Assembly (NCBI GenBank): GCA_015486015.1
Contig: WFSL01000024.1
Location: 41,780 to 105,779, forward strand
Direction of reading: 5' to 3'
Source: Aquificota bacterium
GTDB lineage: Bacteria > Thermosulfidibacterota > Thermosulfidibacteria > Thermosulfidibacterales > B14-G1
Length of the DNA stretch: 64,000 nucleotides
Both the position numbers and the translations under genes were made by a program. The notes beneath the pieces are model-generated. The model was not told the DNA's origin, made no database searches, and saw nothing but the letters and a program-made list of their open reading frames with translations. Of this stretch, positions 28,450 to 39,695 are shown piece after piece. Numbering within the stretch: the stretch's first letter is position 1; each line of letters starts with the position of its first letter.

Positions 28450-29418
28450 TCATCTGGAGTACCTCCGCAACACCTCTTCCCTTGGATTTTCTCCCCTTCT
28501 CATTTGGGCCAGTTCCCTTATGAGCTGGATTTCTCTACCATTGAGATTTCTGGGGGTTGTTGTCTTTACCTCTACGTAAAGGTCTCCTCTTCCTCCCTCC
28601 TTTAGACGTGGCATTCCCTTGCCCTTGAGGCGGAACTTTTGGCCGCTCTGTGTCCCCGGGGGGACCCTCATCTTAACCACACCGTTTAGGGTGGGAATCT
28701 CTATTTCCCCTCCGAGGGCTGCTTCCCAGAATGTGATGGGTATTTGACAGTATAGGTTATCCCCCCTCCTCTCGAAGAAGGCATGGGGCTTGACCCGAGT
28801 GATGATGAATAGGTCTCCGTCTTTCCCCCCTTGCAATCCCGGTTGGCCCTTTCCAGCCACCCTCACACGTGTGCCTGTGTCCACCCCTGGTGGAATTTTG
28901 ACCTTTACCCTTTCTATCTTTCCCCCCCTGTTGAGGGAAATCTCGGTGGTCACTCCCTTGTAAGCATCCTCCAGTGAAAGCTCCATGTGATATTCTATGT
29001 TTTTACCCCTACGACCACCTGGGGGTTCTTCCCTCCAGGCCGTTTTCCTTCTCCTTCCAAAGACCTGGGAGAAGAGATCACCTAAGTCAAAGCCTCCCAT
29101 TTCAAAGTGGAAGCCCCTTCCCGTTCCGCCTATGTCTCCAAAGTCGAAATGGAAGTCCTGGAAGTCGAAGCCCGGCCCCTCTCCTGGGCCTGTAAAGGCT
29201 GCATGCCCCATCTGATCATAGGCCCGGCGCTTTTCAGGGTCAGATAAGACCTGATAAGCCTCAGAGATCTCCTTAAATCTCTCTTCTGCCTCTTTGTTCC
29301 CAGGGTTTACGTCGGGGTGGTATTTCCTGGCAAGCCTCCGGTATGCCTTTTTGATCTCCTCTTCGGAGGCGTTCCTGCTCACACCAAGTATTTCATAATA
29401 ATCTTTCTTCTGAACCAT
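28450..29418 (-). CDS. cbpA: DnaJ-class co-chaperone lacking the zinc-finger domain (CbpA-like)
   Basis: J-domain (DYYEILGV...KYHPDVN), a G/F-rich region and C-terminal substrate-binding domains. No CxxCxGxG repeats are present. Confidence 0.8.
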   Translation of the reverse strand: MVQKKDYYEILGVSRNASEEEIKKAYRRLARKYHPDVNPGNKEAEERFKEISEAYQVLSDPEKRRAYDQMGHAAFTGPGEGPGFDFQDFHFDFGDIGGTGRGFHFEMGGFDLGDLFSQVFGRRRKTAWREEPPGGRRGKNIEYHMELSLEDAYKGVTTEISLNRGGKIERVKVKIPPGVDTGTRVRVAGKGQPGLQGGKDGDLFIITRVKPHAFFERRGDNLYCQIPITFWEAALGGEIEIPTLNGVVKMRVPPGTQSGQKFRLKGKGMPRLKEGGRGDLYVEVKTTTPRNLNGREIQLIRELAQMRRGENPREEVLRRYSR

Positions 29419-29463
29419 GCATCCACCCCGTCTGTCTTGCTGAGGGGCGGATTATCCCGCCCC

Positions 29464-31398
29464 TCACTTCTTCTCTTCGAAGTCTGCGTCTACTACCTCG
29501 CCCTCTTCTACCTTTTCTCCTTGCCCTGATGTCTCTCCACTGGTGCCTCCGGCACTGCTGGCCTGTGCCTGTTGCTGGTAGAGGGCTTGGGCAATCTTGT
29601 GGGAGATGCCGGTGATCTCCTCGGTTGTCCTCCTGAGGTCTGCAAGTACAGCATCTATTTTAGAGGGATCCTGTATGGAGGCACTCTCTTCTAAGGTCTT
29701 CTTCGCCTTGGAAAGCATCTCCTCTGCAGTATGAAGGTCTGAGACTGGAATCTTCTCTCTGTTTTCTTGGATGGTCTTTTCTATGGTGTAAACGAGGCCA
29801 TCTAATTGGTTCCTTGCCTCTATCACCTCTTTGCGCTTTCTGTCTTCTTCTGCGTGCTTTTCGGCCTCTCTCACCATCTGATCTATCTCCTCCTGTGAGA
29901 GGCCGCTGCTGGCTGTTATGGTCACCTTTTGTTCTTTTCCTGTGGCCATATCCTTAGCAGAGACGTGGAGGATGCCGTCGGCGTCTATGTCGAATGTGAC
30001 CTCGATCTTGGGTACACCTCTGGGGGCAGGAGGTATCCCGTCCAAGTGAAACCGGGCCAGGGTCCTATTGTCCCTGGCCATGGGCCGCTCACCCTGAAGC
30101 ACGTGTATCTCTACGCTGGTTTGATTGTCCGTGGCTGTGGTGAAGATCTCAGCCTTCCTTGTGGGGATAGTGGTATTTCTGGGGATGAGTACCGTGCTAA
30201 CACCCCCTAATGTCTCGATGCCTAATGAAAGAGGTGTGACATCGAGTAAGAGGATATCCTTCACCTCCCCAGTGAGAACACCTGCCTGGACCGCTGCCCC
30301 CAGGGCCACAGCTTCATCGGGATTGATATCCTTTCTGGGTTCTTTACCGAATATCTCCTTCACCTTTCGCTGCACTGCGGGTATTCGAGTAGAACCCCCT
30401 ACCAGGATTACCTCGTCGATGTCAGCTGGTGTGAGTTCTGCATCCTTCAGCGCCTGATGACAAGGTTCCACGGTGCGCTCTATGAGGTCTGCCACTAAGG
30501 CCTCAAACTTGGCCCTGGTCAGCTTCATAAGAAGATGTTTTGGGCCGCTGGCATCGGCTGTGATGAAGGGGAGATTGATCTCCGTCTCCATCACTGAAGA
30601 GAGCTCGCACTTGGCTTTCTCTGCCGCCTCTTTGAGCCTTTGCATGGCCATGGGGTCCTTGGAGAGGTCAATACCCTGTTCCTTCTTGAATTCGTCGATA
30701 ATCCAATCAATGATACGTTGATCAAAGTTATCACCCCCAAGGTGGGTATCGCCATTGACGGCCTTCACCTCGAATACACCTTCACCGACCTCAAGGATAG
30801 AGATGTCAAAGGTACCCCCTCCCAGGTCATACACGGCGATTTTCCCACCCTTCTTCTTGTCCAATCCATAGGCCAAGGCGGAGGCAGTGGGTTCGTTGAC
30901 CAACCGGAGCACTTCCAAACCTGCAATCTGACCAGCATCCTTGGTGGCCTTCCTCTGTGAGTCGTTAAAGTATGCAGGGACAGTAATAACGGCCTTCTCT
31001 ACCTTTTCTCCTAAGTAGGCCTCTGCCGCCTCTTTGAGCTTTCTCAAGACCATGGCAGAGATCTCCGGCGGAGAATAGAGCTTTTTAGCTACGTCCACCC
31101 TCACATCACCGTGGGGTCCCTTAGCCACTTTGTAGGGCACCATCTTTATCTCTTCATGCACTTCTTCAAAGCGGCGCCCCATGAACCTTTTTATAGAGAA
31201 CACGGTGTTTTCTGGATTTGTTACCGCCTGCCTCTTGGCCACCTGACCCACCAGGATCTCCCCATCCTTGGTGAAGGCCACTACAGATGGGGTGGTCCTT
31301 CCCCCCTCCTGATTGGGTATCACGCGGGGCTCACTCCCCTCCATTACGGCGACCACAGAGTTGGTGGTACCAAGATCAATACCTATCACCTTGCCCAT
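29464..31398 (-). CDS. dnaK: Molecular chaperone DnaK (Hsp70)
   Basis: [17 protein letters not shown] and [11 protein letters not shown] signatures across a full-length Hsp70 with an acidic C-terminus. Confidence 0.95.
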   Translation of the reverse strand: MGKVIGIDLGTTNSVVAVMEGSEPRVIPNQEGGRTTPSVVAFTKDGEILVGQVAKRQAVTNPENTVFSIKRFMGRRFEEVHEEIKMVPYKVAKGPHGDVRVDVAKKLYSPPEISAMVLRKLKEAAEAYLGEKVEKAVITVPAYFNDSQRKATKDAGQIAGLEVLRLVNEPTASALAYGLDKKKGGKIAVYDLGGGTFDISILEVGEGVFEVKAVNGDTHLGGDNFDQRIIDWIIDEFKKEQGIDLSKDPMAMQRLKEAAEKAKCELSSVMETEINLPFITADASGPKHLLMKLTRAKFEALVADLIERTVEPCHQALKDAELTPADIDEVILVGGSTRIPAVQRKVKEIFGKEPRKDINPDEAVALGAAVQAGVLTGEVKDILLLDVTPLSLGIETLGGVSTVLIPRNTTIPTRKAEIFTTATDNQTSVEIHVLQGERPMARDNRTLARFHLDGIPPAPRGVPKIEVTFDIDADGILHVSAKDMATGKEQKVTITASSGLSQEEIDQMVREAEKHAEEDRKRKEVIEARNQLDGLVYTIEKTIQENREKIPVSDLHTAEEMLSKAKKTLEESASIQDPSKIDAVLADLRRTTEEITGISHKIAQALYQQQAQASSAGGTSGETSGQGEKVEEGEVVDADFEEKK

Positions 31399-31430
31399 AT
31401 CTCCATCCTCCTGTGGTTTTTCTGGAGGGA

Positions 31431-31459
31431 AATATAATTTTTGAGTCTTTTAATGTCAA
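31431..31459 (-). promoter_or_regulatory. Candidate sigma-70 promoter of the dnaK operon (TTGACA-17-TATATT)
   Basis: On the minus strand, TTGACATTAAAAGACTCAAAAATTATATT ends about 33 nt upstream of the dnaK ATG. The spacer contains ACTCAA, half of a HAIR-like motif. Confidence 0.45.
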
Positions 31460-31606
31460 TATTCTTGATTTTAATTATTGCAACTAAGTGCACTATTTAC
31501 CTGCCGATCCCTTTGATCCCAGATTTCGGCTTGCTGGCCGCCTGTATCCCTGTAGCCCTTTGCCTCGCCTGAGCCACTTAGGGCAGCTCAAGTGAAGCCT
31601 TTCAAT

Positions 31607-32395
31607 TTATTCAGGGGGGTGCCCAGAATCCCCCTTCCCAGATATGAACGCCCTGAAAATCTCCATGGGTATGGGAAGTACCAGGAAGGTGGACCTTTCT
31701 GATGATACCTCCATGAGGGTTTGCAGGAATCTCAGTTGCAGGGCTGTGGGGTGCTTCTCAATAATTTCTGCCGCAGAGGTGAGAGTCTGGGCGGCCTGAT
31801 ATTCTCCTTCGGCGCTGATGATTTTGGCCCTCCTCTCACGCTCTGCCTCAGCCTGACGCGCCATGGCCCGCTGCATATCCGCAGGCAGGTCAATATGTTT
31901 CAGCTCCACAGTGCTTACCTTGATCCCCCACGGGTCCGTATGCTCGTCCAGGATCACCTGGAGTTGACTATTGATCTTTTCTCTCTCTGCTAAGAGCTCG
32001 TCCAATTCGTGTGCACCGAGTACGCTTCTCAGTGTGGTTTGGGCCAATTGTGAGGTGGCACCCATGTAGTCCTCTACCTCTATCACCGCCTTCTCAGGAA
32101 TCACTACCCTGAAGTAGACCACAGCGTTCACCTTTACCGAGACATTGTCCTTTGTGATCACATCTTGGGGCGGTACATCCAGGACTATGGTCCTGAGGCT
32201 CACCTTTACCATCCTGTCTATCACAGGAAGGAGTATGATGAGGCCTGGCCCCTTGGTGGCTATGTACCTCCCCAATCTAAAGATCACCCCTCTTTCATAC
32301 TCCCTTAGGATCTTGATGATAGAGGCAATCACAATGAACGCAAAGATAAGCAGGAGAATAAAAGAGACCCCGTACGGCAAAGACTTCATTACCAT
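31607..32395 (-). CDS. SPFH / band-7 (stomatin-like) membrane protein
   Basis: N-terminal TM helix, then [12 protein letters not shown] and a PHB domain, then a coiled coil ([15 protein letters not shown]). Confidence 0.85.
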   Translation of the reverse strand: MVMKSLPYGVSFILLLIFAFIVIASIIKILREYERGVIFRLGRYIATKGPGLIILLPVIDRMVKVSLRTIVLDVPPQDVITKDNVSVKVNAVVYFRVVIPEKAVIEVEDYMGATSQLAQTTLRSVLGAHELDELLAEREKINSQLQVILDEHTDPWGIKVSTVELKHIDLPADMQRAMARQAEAERERRAKIISAEGEYQAAQTLTSAAEIIEKHPTALQLRFLQTLMEVSSERSTFLVLPIPMEIFRAFISGKGDSGHPPE

Positions 32396-32447
32396 TGTTC
32401 ACCTCCTAAGAAAAACCTATGGCTTCAAGTGGAATCTATTGTGTTTA

Positions 32448-33017
32448 TCATTGCAATTTTTTTAATAGCCAAGCCATATTTTCTCCCAGTATCTCCAAGG
32501 TCTTCATGCCCTCCTCATCTTTGACCATCTCCCCGGGCTCCCCTCCGAAACAAAAGTTCCAGTAATTGGAGCAGGGGATGATCATCTGATTCAGGGCAAA
32601 CAAGGAGTTGATTTGATTAAATGTGCCTACGGCCCCGTGGCGCCTAACAGTTATCACCGCTGCCCCTACCTTCCTCTTGAGCTTGTAGCCGCTTCCCATG
32701 GAGCATAGGCCTACCCTATCTATAAAGGCCTTCACTTCGGAAGGGACCCCCGCAAAATAGACAGGAGAGCCTATAAGAATGCCCTGGGCCTGGTAGATCT
32801 TTTTTAGCCATGAATTTAGCACATCCTTTTGGGAACAAAACCCTTCTTTCTTTTCAAAGCAGTAAAGACAAGACATACATGGTTTGATTCCTGACCCACC
32901 TAACTGAATAAGCTCAGTCTCAATCCCTTCGCCCTCTAATACATTCATCACCACCCTCAAGGCAGCAGCCGTGTTTCCACCTTGCCTGGGGCTACCATTG
33001 AAGGCCAGCACCTTCAT
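32448..33017 (-). CDS. Iron-sulfur flavoprotein / NADPH-dependent FMN reductase family
   Basis: MKVLAFNGSPR..GNT flavodoxin-like N-terminus plus a compact Cys cluster (CMSCLYCFEKKEGFC) typical of Isf-type proteins. Confidence 0.75.
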   Translation of the reverse strand: MKVLAFNGSPRQGGNTAAALRVVMNVLEGEGIETELIQLGGSGIKPCMSCLYCFEKKEGFCSQKDVLNSWLKKIYQAQGILIGSPVYFAGVPSEVKAFIDRVGLCSMGSGYKLKRKVGAAVITVRRHGAVGTFNQINSLFALNQMIIPCSNYWNFCFGGEPGEMVKDEEGMKTLEILGENMAWLLKKLQ

Positions 33018-33072
33018 ACCGTGTACCCCCTTGGATTTTGAGCATGCTGTATCTTGATAAGGCCTGAAGGCT

Positions 33073-33273
33073 TTAGTCCCTCACCATAGGGGTCCCGCAC
33101 TGGGGGCATTTCACCTGAAAGCAAGGCATCCCTCTCTGATGAGGTACCCTGTTACCACAATTTGGGCATACACAGTAACCGCCGGGTCCCCTGCCCATCC
33201 CTCTTCCACCACCCATACCACGCCCTCCACCTGTACCGCGTCCACCTCCCATGCCTCCACCAGCTTTTTGCAT
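33073..33273 (-). CDS. Small Gly/Arg-rich protein with a C-terminal rubredoxin-like zinc ribbon
   Basis: 66 aa. The N-terminus is GGGMGGGRGTGGGRGMGGGRGMGRG repeats; the C-terminus has two CPxCG knuckles (CPNCGN, CPQCGT) plus two extra Cys. A GGAGGTG RBS lies immediately upstream. Confidence 0.55.
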   Translation of the reverse strand: MQKAGGGMGGGRGTGGGRGMGGGRGMGRGPGGYCVCPNCGNRVPHQRGMPCFQVKCPQCGTPMVRD

Positions 33274-33653
33274 TTTAGCACCTCCATTTGAGTAAAGTCA
33301 CTGAAGATAAGGAAAGGCATGAAACGGTGAAAATCAAGGGGCGAGAAGGGATTTACGTGCAATCCACTTTTGTTAATGGAGAAAATCCTGAAGTCTATAG
33401 GGGCCTTAGGCCTTAAAAGGAGAGGTAGAGTGAAAACTGAACTCGGCCTTTGTGAAACCTCGACGAGAGGCAAGCCTGTTTTAAGTAAGCAGGCATATCT
33501 CAAGGACTCTTTACATGATCTCAGGGTATATTTTGGACCTTGAGAACAAAACTGAAAACAGTGATGTGGTCGTTGACATTGGGATCTTGCTTTTGTATCT
33601 TTAATGAGTGAATGTGAGGGAAAGAACGTATTGACGAAAGGGGGTGAGCAGAT

Positions 33654-34034
33654 ATGAGGAGACTTGTGGCAGTTTTGTTGGGTGCAGTGCTTCTTATGGG
33701 GGCAATAGCGATAGTCACAGCGGCTGAGGTGAATAAGGGGGCCGCAACCTACACCATTGACAAGTGCAAGGAGAGGAAATCTGCCGTTACCTTCCACCAT
33801 TATCAGCATCAGAATATCCAGGGTGTTACCTGTAAGACCTGCCATCATAAGATGGTGGAGGGTAAGACTCCCAGGGCCTGTTTCGAGTGCCACCAGTGCA
33901 AGAAGCAGGGCAAAATTCCCAGTGCAAGGATGGCCTTCCACAAAAACTGCAGGGGTTGTCACCGCACTATGAAGAAAGAAGGGAAAAAGACTGGTCCTAC
34001 AACCTGTTCGGGGTGTCATCCTAAGCAGAAGTGA
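33654..34034 (+). CDS. Tetraheme cytochrome c3 (class III)
   Basis: Signal peptide, then four CxxCH heme motifs (CKTCH, CFECH, CRGCH, CSGCH) with interspersed His in about 100 mature residues. Confidence 0.85.
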   Translation: MRRLVAVLLGAVLLMGAIAIVTAAEVNKGAATYTIDKCKERKSAVTFHHYQHQNIQGVTCKTCHHKMVEGKTPRACFECHQCKKQGKIPSARMAFHKNCRGCHRTMKKEGKKTGPTTCSGCHPKQK

Positions 34035-34051
34035 GGCGGGAAGTGTGTTTA

Positions 34052-34088
34052 GGGGTAAGGTTTAAATGGGCCTTACCCCTTTTGTTGT
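34052..34088 (+). terminator. Rho-independent terminator after the cytochrome c3 gene
   Basis: Perfect 9-bp stem GGGGTAAGG/CCTTACCCC with a 10-nt loop, followed by a TTTTGTTGTT run. Confidence 0.7.
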
Positions 34089-34225
34089 TATACTGCCAAG
34101 GGTAGGTGGATTGGGGATGAAGGCTTGCGGAGATATATAGGGTTTAGGCCGGGTAATCTTACTCTCGAAGGGGTGGTTTGTTTCTCTTGAAAAGCAGAGA
34201 GAATGGTCTATATTGACCACCAATT

Positions 34226-35929
34226 ATGGGGAGGCTCGACCCAGACATTTTAGAGGAGATCAAGGATAGGGTAGACATAGTCCAGTTGATCTCTCGGTAT
34301 GTCCCTTTGAAGAGGGCGGGGAAGAATTTCAAGGCTCTTTGTCCTTTTCATAATGAAAAGACCCCTTCCTTCTCTGTGAGCCCTGAGAAGCAGCTTTTTC
34401 ACTGCTTTGGCTGTGGGGTCAGTGGTGATATCTTTCAGTTCCTTATGAAAATGGAAAATCTCACTTTTACAGAGGCCTTGGAGCTGCTGGCCCAGGAAGC
34501 TGGGGTTAAACTCCCTACTTTGCCTCGGGGCTCTGCAAGGAGGGATCGATTGTACGAGCTTCACGAGGAGGCTACTCGTATATTTCATAGGCATCTCCTC
34601 TCTCCTGAGGGGGTCTTAGCCAGGGAGGTGGCGTTAGCTCGGGGTATGGGCCCTGAGGCGTGGGACCGTTTCTCCATAGGGTATGCCCCTGATGATTGGG
34701 ATCTCCTTAGGGAGGAGCTGAAGGCGAAGGGCTTCTCAAATGAGGAGATGGTTTCCGTGGGCTTCTTAGGAGAAAGGGAGTGGGGAGAGCCGTATGTGAA
34801 GTTTAGGCATCGTCTAATGATCCCTATCTGGGATGCGAAGGGCAGAGTAGTGGCCTTTGGGGGAAGGGCTTTGGATCATGCCCAGGAGCCGAAGTATCTG
34901 AATTCCCCTGAGCATTCCCTTTTTAAGAAGGGGGATGTCCTTTATCCCTATCATCTTGCCAGAAAGAAGATAGGGGAGATGGGGTATCTTCTCCTGGTAG
35001 AGGGTTATATGGATGCCATTACTTGTCACCTGAATGGGTTTCCAAATACTGTTGCTGCCATGGGCACCTCTCTCACCTCTTCGCAGGTCCAAAGGATGGT
35101 TAGGCTTTCCAAGGAGGTGTTTTTGGCTTACGATGGTGATGAGGCGGGGCGTAAGGCTGCTATACGCTCAGCAGCCCTGTGTTTTAAGGTAGGGGTAATC
35201 CCAAGGCTGCTTCTCCTCCCAGATGGGGAAGACCCTGACAGTTTTATAAGGGGTAGCGGTTCGGCGTCCTTTGCGGATTTGGTGGCTCAGGCTGAGGATG
35301 TGATTCTCTGGTTCATGGAAGATAAGGCGAGGATGTATGACCTAACTCATCCCAGGGCCCGTGCCCAGTGGCTCACCGAGGTGGTGGAATTCTTATCACC
35401 CTTGGAGGATCCCCTCCTCTTGGAGTCTTATCTCTCTGAGGCAGCATCGAGGGCTGGGGTTACCCTTGAAGCATTGAAGGCCAAGCTCCATGGCAGGGGA
35501 TCTTCGGCCCCCAGAGGTACTTCTCTTTCAGGTTCCTGGGACATCCTTTATTTGGCCTTGGCCCTTACCCGAAGGGAGTGGTGGTCCAGTTTTGATGGAA
35601 AGGGTCTGAGGGACCCTAAGGCCTTAGAGCTTTGGGAAAAGATGAAGGAGGAGGCAGATCCTTCCCTGGCGCTTTCTTGTTTGGACGACGATGAGAAGGC
35701 CCTGTTGGTGGGCAGGGCTATGGAGGTGCCATGGGAGGATATGGAGGAGGTGTACCAAGGGTGCAGCAAGAGGGCCATGGGGCGCTTAATGGAAGAGGAG
35801 GCTAAGGCACTGAAGAGGAGGATGCGGGAGATTAAGGAGGAGGAGCGGATTGAACTCCTCAGGAGGTACATGACCCTGATGAGGAGTATAAAGGGGTTAA
35901 AGGAGGAAGGCCTTTATGAAACCCATTGA
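34226..35929 (+). CDS. dnaG: DNA primase
   Basis: CHC4 zinc ribbon ([13 protein letters not shown]...CFGCG), TOPRIM domain (EGYMD...DGDEAG). Classic position upstream of rpoD. Confidence 0.92.
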   Translation: MGRLDPDILEEIKDRVDIVQLISRYVPLKRAGKNFKALCPFHNEKTPSFSVSPEKQLFHCFGCGVSGDIFQFLMKMENLTFTEALELLAQEAGVKLPTLPRGSARRDRLYELHEEATRIFHRHLLSPEGVLAREVALARGMGPEAWDRFSIGYAPDDWDLLREELKAKGFSNEEMVSVGFLGEREWGEPYVKFRHRLMIPIWDAKGRVVAFGGRALDHAQEPKYLNSPEHSLFKKGDVLYPYHLARKKIGEMGYLLLVEGYMDAITCHLNGFPNTVAAMGTSLTSSQVQRMVRLSKEVFLAYDGDEAGRKAAIRSAALCFKVGVIPRLLLLPDGEDPDSFIRGSGSASFADLVAQAEDVILWFMEDKARMYDLTHPRARAQWLTEVVEFLSPLEDPLLLESYLSEAASRAGVTLEALKAKLHGRGSSAPRGTSLSGSWDILYLALALTRREWWSSFDGKGLRDPKALELWEKMKEEADPSLALSCLDDDEKALLVGRAMEVPWEDMEEVYQGCSKRAMGRLMEEEAKALKRRMREIKEEERIELLRRYMTLMRSIKGLKEEGLYETH

Positions 35930-37667
35930 GATATCGAGGTTGACCGAGCTCAGGAAGTTGATCGCCATGGGTAAGAAAAAGGGTTTTCTCACCTATGACG
36001 AGATAAATGAGACTCTGCCTGGGGAGCTCAACGTCCCGGAGCACTTAGAGGAGATATTCCATCTCTTAGAGGAGATGGACGTTCAGGTCTTGGATCACCC
36101 ACAGAGCAAGCGCTCCAAAAGTTTGGAAGTTGCTGTAGAGGCTGGTGCTGATGAGGACTCTGGTGAGGTGGGTGTTTCAGCGGATCCAGTGCGCATGTAT
36201 TTGCAGGAGATGGGTTCTATTCCTTTGCTTTCCCGGGAGGAGGAGGTAGAGCTGGCAAAGGAGATAGAGAAGGGGCGGAATCTGGCCATTGAAGCGGTGA
36301 TGTCTATCCCCCTTACAGTGAAGGAGCTGCTGAGACTCAGAGAGAAGCTGGAATCTGAGGAGATCGATATAGAGGAGGTGTTCCTGTTAGAGGATGACCC
36401 TACAGAGGATATGGAGAAGGTGAAGCAAAGGATTATGGAGCACCTGGATGCTTTGAGGGGGGTCTTTGATAGGTACGAAAAGAGGAGGAAAGAGCTGTTT
36501 CTTTACGGGCACGCTATCTCACCTGAGTCCAGGGAGTGCCTTCGGGAAGACATGGAGGCTTATAGGAGGGATATGGTCTCCCTTGCCAAGAGACTCAGCC
36601 TCTCAAGTTCTCAGGTAGAGGCGCTTGTAGACCTGATCAGGGGATACGTGAGGCAGGGAGATGAGGCCCTGTCAAGGATTAGGAGGTGTGAGGAGGTGCT
36701 TCTGATGCCTTCAGACACCTTCATGAGATTTTATGAGGACCTGTTGGCTCTTGAGTCCCCTGATGAGAGGGAAGAGAGGGCCCGCCAAGTGACCACCCTC
36801 TCTTTTGGGACCCTGGGGAGCTACTATCAGGAGATCCTCAATGCCAGAGAAGCGGTTCACGCTATAGAGATGGAGTCTACCCTTTCTCTGGAGGAGATGA
36901 AGGAGATATTGGAGGAGATTGAAAAGGGCCTCTTCAGGGAGAAGGAGGCCAAGAGGCTTCTCGCCGAGGCCAATCTAAGATTGGTGGTGAGCATCGCCAA
37001 AAAGTATACCAATAAGGGACTCCAGCTCCTTGATCTTATTCAGGAGGGGAATATAGGCCTTATGAAGGCGGTGGAGAAGTTTGAGTATAAGAGGGGCTAC
37101 AAGTTCAGTACATATGCTACATGGTGGATTCGTCAGGCTATCACCAGGGCTATAGCGGATCAGGCGAGAACCATTAGGATTCCTGTCCACATGATAGAAA
37201 CTATAAATAAGCTGGTGAGGACCTCCAGGCAGTTGGTTCAGGAACTGGGGAGGGAGCCCACCCCTGAGGAGATTGCACATCGCTTGGAGATGTCGCCAGA
37301 AAAGGTCCGTAGGATAATGAAGATCGCCAAGGAGCCTATCTCCTTAGAGACCCCTATAGGGGAGGAAGAAGACAGTCATTTGGGGGACTTTATAGAGGAT
37401 AAGTCTATCGATTCTCCCATTGATACCGCTATAGACGTGAGTTTGAGGGAGCAGATAGATCGCGCGTTGGAAACGCTGACTGACCGAGAGAAGGCTGTGC
37501 TGAAGATGAGATTTGGATTAGAGATGGATTCTGAACATACCTTAGAGGAGGTGGGGAGGGTCTTCAAGGTGACAAGGGAACGTATTCGCCAGATCGAGGC
37601 TAAGGCATTGAAGAAACTTCGCCATCCTCGCAGAAGCAAGGGCATTAAGAACCTGATGGAGATATAA
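35916..37667 (+). CDS. rpoD: RNA polymerase primary sigma factor (sigma-70)
   Basis: Region 1.1, an acidic non-conserved region, regions 2-4 ([53 protein letters not shown]; [30 protein letters not shown]). It overlaps the dnaG stop. Confidence 0.93.
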   Translation: MKPIEISRLTELRKLIAMGKKKGFLTYDEINETLPGELNVPEHLEEIFHLLEEMDVQVLDHPQSKRSKSLEVAVEAGADEDSGEVGVSADPVRMYLQEMGSIPLLSREEEVELAKEIEKGRNLAIEAVMSIPLTVKELLRLREKLESEEIDIEEVFLLEDDPTEDMEKVKQRIMEHLDALRGVFDRYEKRRKELFLYGHAISPESRECLREDMEAYRRDMVSLAKRLSLSSSQVEALVDLIRGYVRQGDEALSRIRRCEEVLLMPSDTFMRFYEDLLALESPDEREERARQVTTLSFGTLGSYYQEILNAREAVHAIEMESTLSLEEMKEILEEIEKGLFREKEAKRLLAEANLRLVVSIAKKYTNKGLQLLDLIQEGNIGLMKAVEKFEYKRGYKFSTYATWWIRQAITRAIADQARTIRIPVHMIETINKLVRTSRQLVQELGREPTPEEIAHRLEMSPEKVRRIMKIAKEPISLETPIGEEEDSHLGDFIEDKSIDSPIDTAIDVSLREQIDRALETLTDREKAVLKMRFGLEMDSEHTLEEVGRVFKVTRERIRQIEAKALKKLRHPRRSKGIKNLMEI

Positions 37668-37695
37668 TGGTGCCATGGATCTCTTATCCCTTCAG

Positions 37696-39135
37696 TTAGC
37701 GGAAGAAGATAAGGGTTACCAATATAAATGACGGGATGAGAAAGACCAGAGAGTACTTCAAGATATACCCAAAGAAACTGGGCATTTTTATTCCTGCTTC
37801 TTCAGCGATGGATCGCACCATAAAGTTAGGGGCATTCCCAATATAGGTGTTTGCTCCCATAAACACGGCCCCTGCTGAAATGGCTCTCAAGTAGATCCCC
37901 TTTTGGGCTATAAGGTGTGCGACGGCTGTTCTCTCAGGTATGCCCACAAAGAATCTCCCCAATGCTGTATTGAGGAAGGTGAGGTATGTGGGAGCATTAT
38001 CTAAGAAGCTGGAGAGGCCCCCTGTGATCCAAAAGAAATGGTAGGGCTCCTTTACGGATGCTATGAGTGCTCTTGCTGCTCCTTCTTCACCTGCCCTCAA
38101 GATGGCCAAGGCGGGTATCATAGTCATAAAGATGCCTGCAAAGAGGATGGCCACCTCTTGAATAGGAAACCAAGTGAATTCGTTTTCTTCCCTGATTCTC
38201 CAGGGAGTGAATCTGAGAGAGAGGAGGCCCATCACTATCATCCCCCCATCCCTAATGAGGGATTCTACACTCCTTTCTACCCCCAGGATCTCTACTTCCC
38301 CAAGATGTACAAGGCCACTGAAGAGGACAGCCAGCACAATGCCAAGGAGAAAGAGAAAATTGATGGATCCTACGATTCGGAGTTTTTCCCTTTCTTCTTC
38401 AAAGGGAAGGGGACCCTCTCTCTTGTAGTTAATAGTGTCCAGTACGAAGTAAATGACGAGCAGAATGCCCACCATTACAAGCATCTGGGGCAAGATCTTG
38501 AAGGTCCAGAAAAAGGGGACGCCGTGGAGGAACCCCAAGAAGAGGGGTGGGTCCCCTAAGGGGGTGAGCGATCCCCCAATATTGCAGATGAGGAATATGA
38601 AAAAGACCACCATGAAGGCCTTTCTTTTACGCAGGGCATTGGCCCTGAGGAATGGCCTTATCAGTAGCATGGCGGCGCCTGTAGTCCCTACCCATGAGGC
38701 CAATGCCGTGCCCACCACAAGCATCCCTGTATTGACCAAGGGGGTACCTCTGAGTTTTCCCCTGAGCAGGATGCCTCCCGCCACAGTATAGAGGGACCAC
38801 AGGAGAATAATGAATGGCACATAGTCTGCAATATACACATGAAGGATCTCGTGGAGGGCTGCCCCCTTGAAAGCCAGCAAGAAGGGAGCAGCCACTATGA
38901 CGCTCCAGAAGATGGAAACCTTTCCGAAGTGGTTATGCCAAAAGTGTGGCGCCAAGAGAGGGAAGAGGGCAATAGATAAGAGGATTCCTGCAAAGGGGAT
39001 GATGCTCCATAAGGGAAGTAGGGCCCCAAGCTCCTTATGCACTTCTGCAGCCCAAAGAGGGGATGGCGTGATAATAGGGATGGCAATGGTAATTGCAAAA
39101 AATAATACATCTCGCAAGAGATTTGCTCTTTTCAT
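37696..39135 (-). CDS. Ion transporter of the ArsB/NhaD permease superfamily (putative Na+/H+ antiporter)
   Basis: About 12 predicted TM helices with the GDPP.FLGFL motif. The start is probably at MKRANLL. Confidence 0.55.
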   Translation of the reverse strand: MKRANLLRDVLFFAITIAIPIITPSPLWAAEVHKELGALLPLWSIIPFAGILLSIALFPLLAPHFWHNHFGKVSIFWSVIVAAPFLLAFKGAALHEILHVYIADYVPFIILLWSLYTVAGGILLRGKLRGTPLVNTGMLVVGTALASWVGTTGAAMLLIRPFLRANALRKRKAFMVVFFIFLICNIGGSLTPLGDPPLFLGFLHGVPFFWTFKILPQMLVMVGILLVIYFVLDTINYKREGPLPFEEEREKLRIVGSINFLFLLGIVLAVLFSGLVHLGEVEILGVERSVESLIRDGGMIVMGLLSLRFTPWRIREENEFTWFPIQEVAILFAGIFMTMIPALAILRAGEEGAARALIASVKEPYHFFWITGGLSSFLDNAPTYLTFLNTALGRFFVGIPERTAVAHLIAQKGIYLRAISAGAVFMGANTYIGNAPNFMVRSIAEEAGIKMPSFFGYILKYSLVFLIPSFILVTLIFFR

Positions 39136-39695
39136 TGTGCAGCTCCTCTTGCATTCTCGAGGCTGCCAATAGCCGGCGCAGATATATAACCAGGTGGATT
39201 TGCTTGTCAAGCCAAGCCTCTATGGTTATTTAACAGAACATAGTTTGTAAAAAGGGAAGATTGATTGGACCTCCACGCGTGGTCTTGGTGAAATAAACGG
39301 GGCTTTCTTCATGAGAGGATAGCATTGTCAATCTGATGGATAGATTGAGGAGGGGCGCTATGACCCGTAAGGGTGAAGAGTATAAAGGTGGAGAGGTATC
39401 CAAAAGATACTTGCCGAGAAGGTGGTCAAGTGCTTAGTTGTGGCTATTGATTTGGGAACTTAGACCATCGATGAGGAATCCAGAGCCTTATGTGTTATGA
39501 TGGAGTAGAGGTGGAGAAGATGTTATGTATAGGGAGAGGGTGAAGGCAGAGAGGATTTGAAGGAGTTTTTTCAGAGAGTGTTTGACATAGGGCTTAAGAA
39601 TATATATTACTTCAAACTATGTGGAAGGATGGGAAAGTGGAAGACGTTTATCCATGTGTTCAGTGGCCTTATTTTGATGCTTAGGAGTTGATTGA

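Noticed and set aside
31399-31606. Canonical HAIR (CTTGAGT-N7-ACTCAAG) upstream of dnaK
   Set aside because: Only partial matches are present (TTGACAT...ACTCAA; TTGA-N11-TCAA), with no convincing full inverted repeat. The HspR operator may be divergent in this lineage.
33274-33653. Possible small RNA or riboswitch in the 380-nt divergent intergenic region (hairpin GCCTG-N10-CAGGC)
   Set aside because: Only a 5-bp stem, and it matches no riboswitch class I recognise. More likely it just holds promoters for the two divergent genes.
33111-34019. 302-aa Cys/His-rich minus-strand ORF
   Set aside because: It is antisense to the cytochrome c3 gene, and its Cys/His richness mirrors the CxxCH codons on the other strand. 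It also overlaps the well-supported small zinc-ribbon gene. Spurious.
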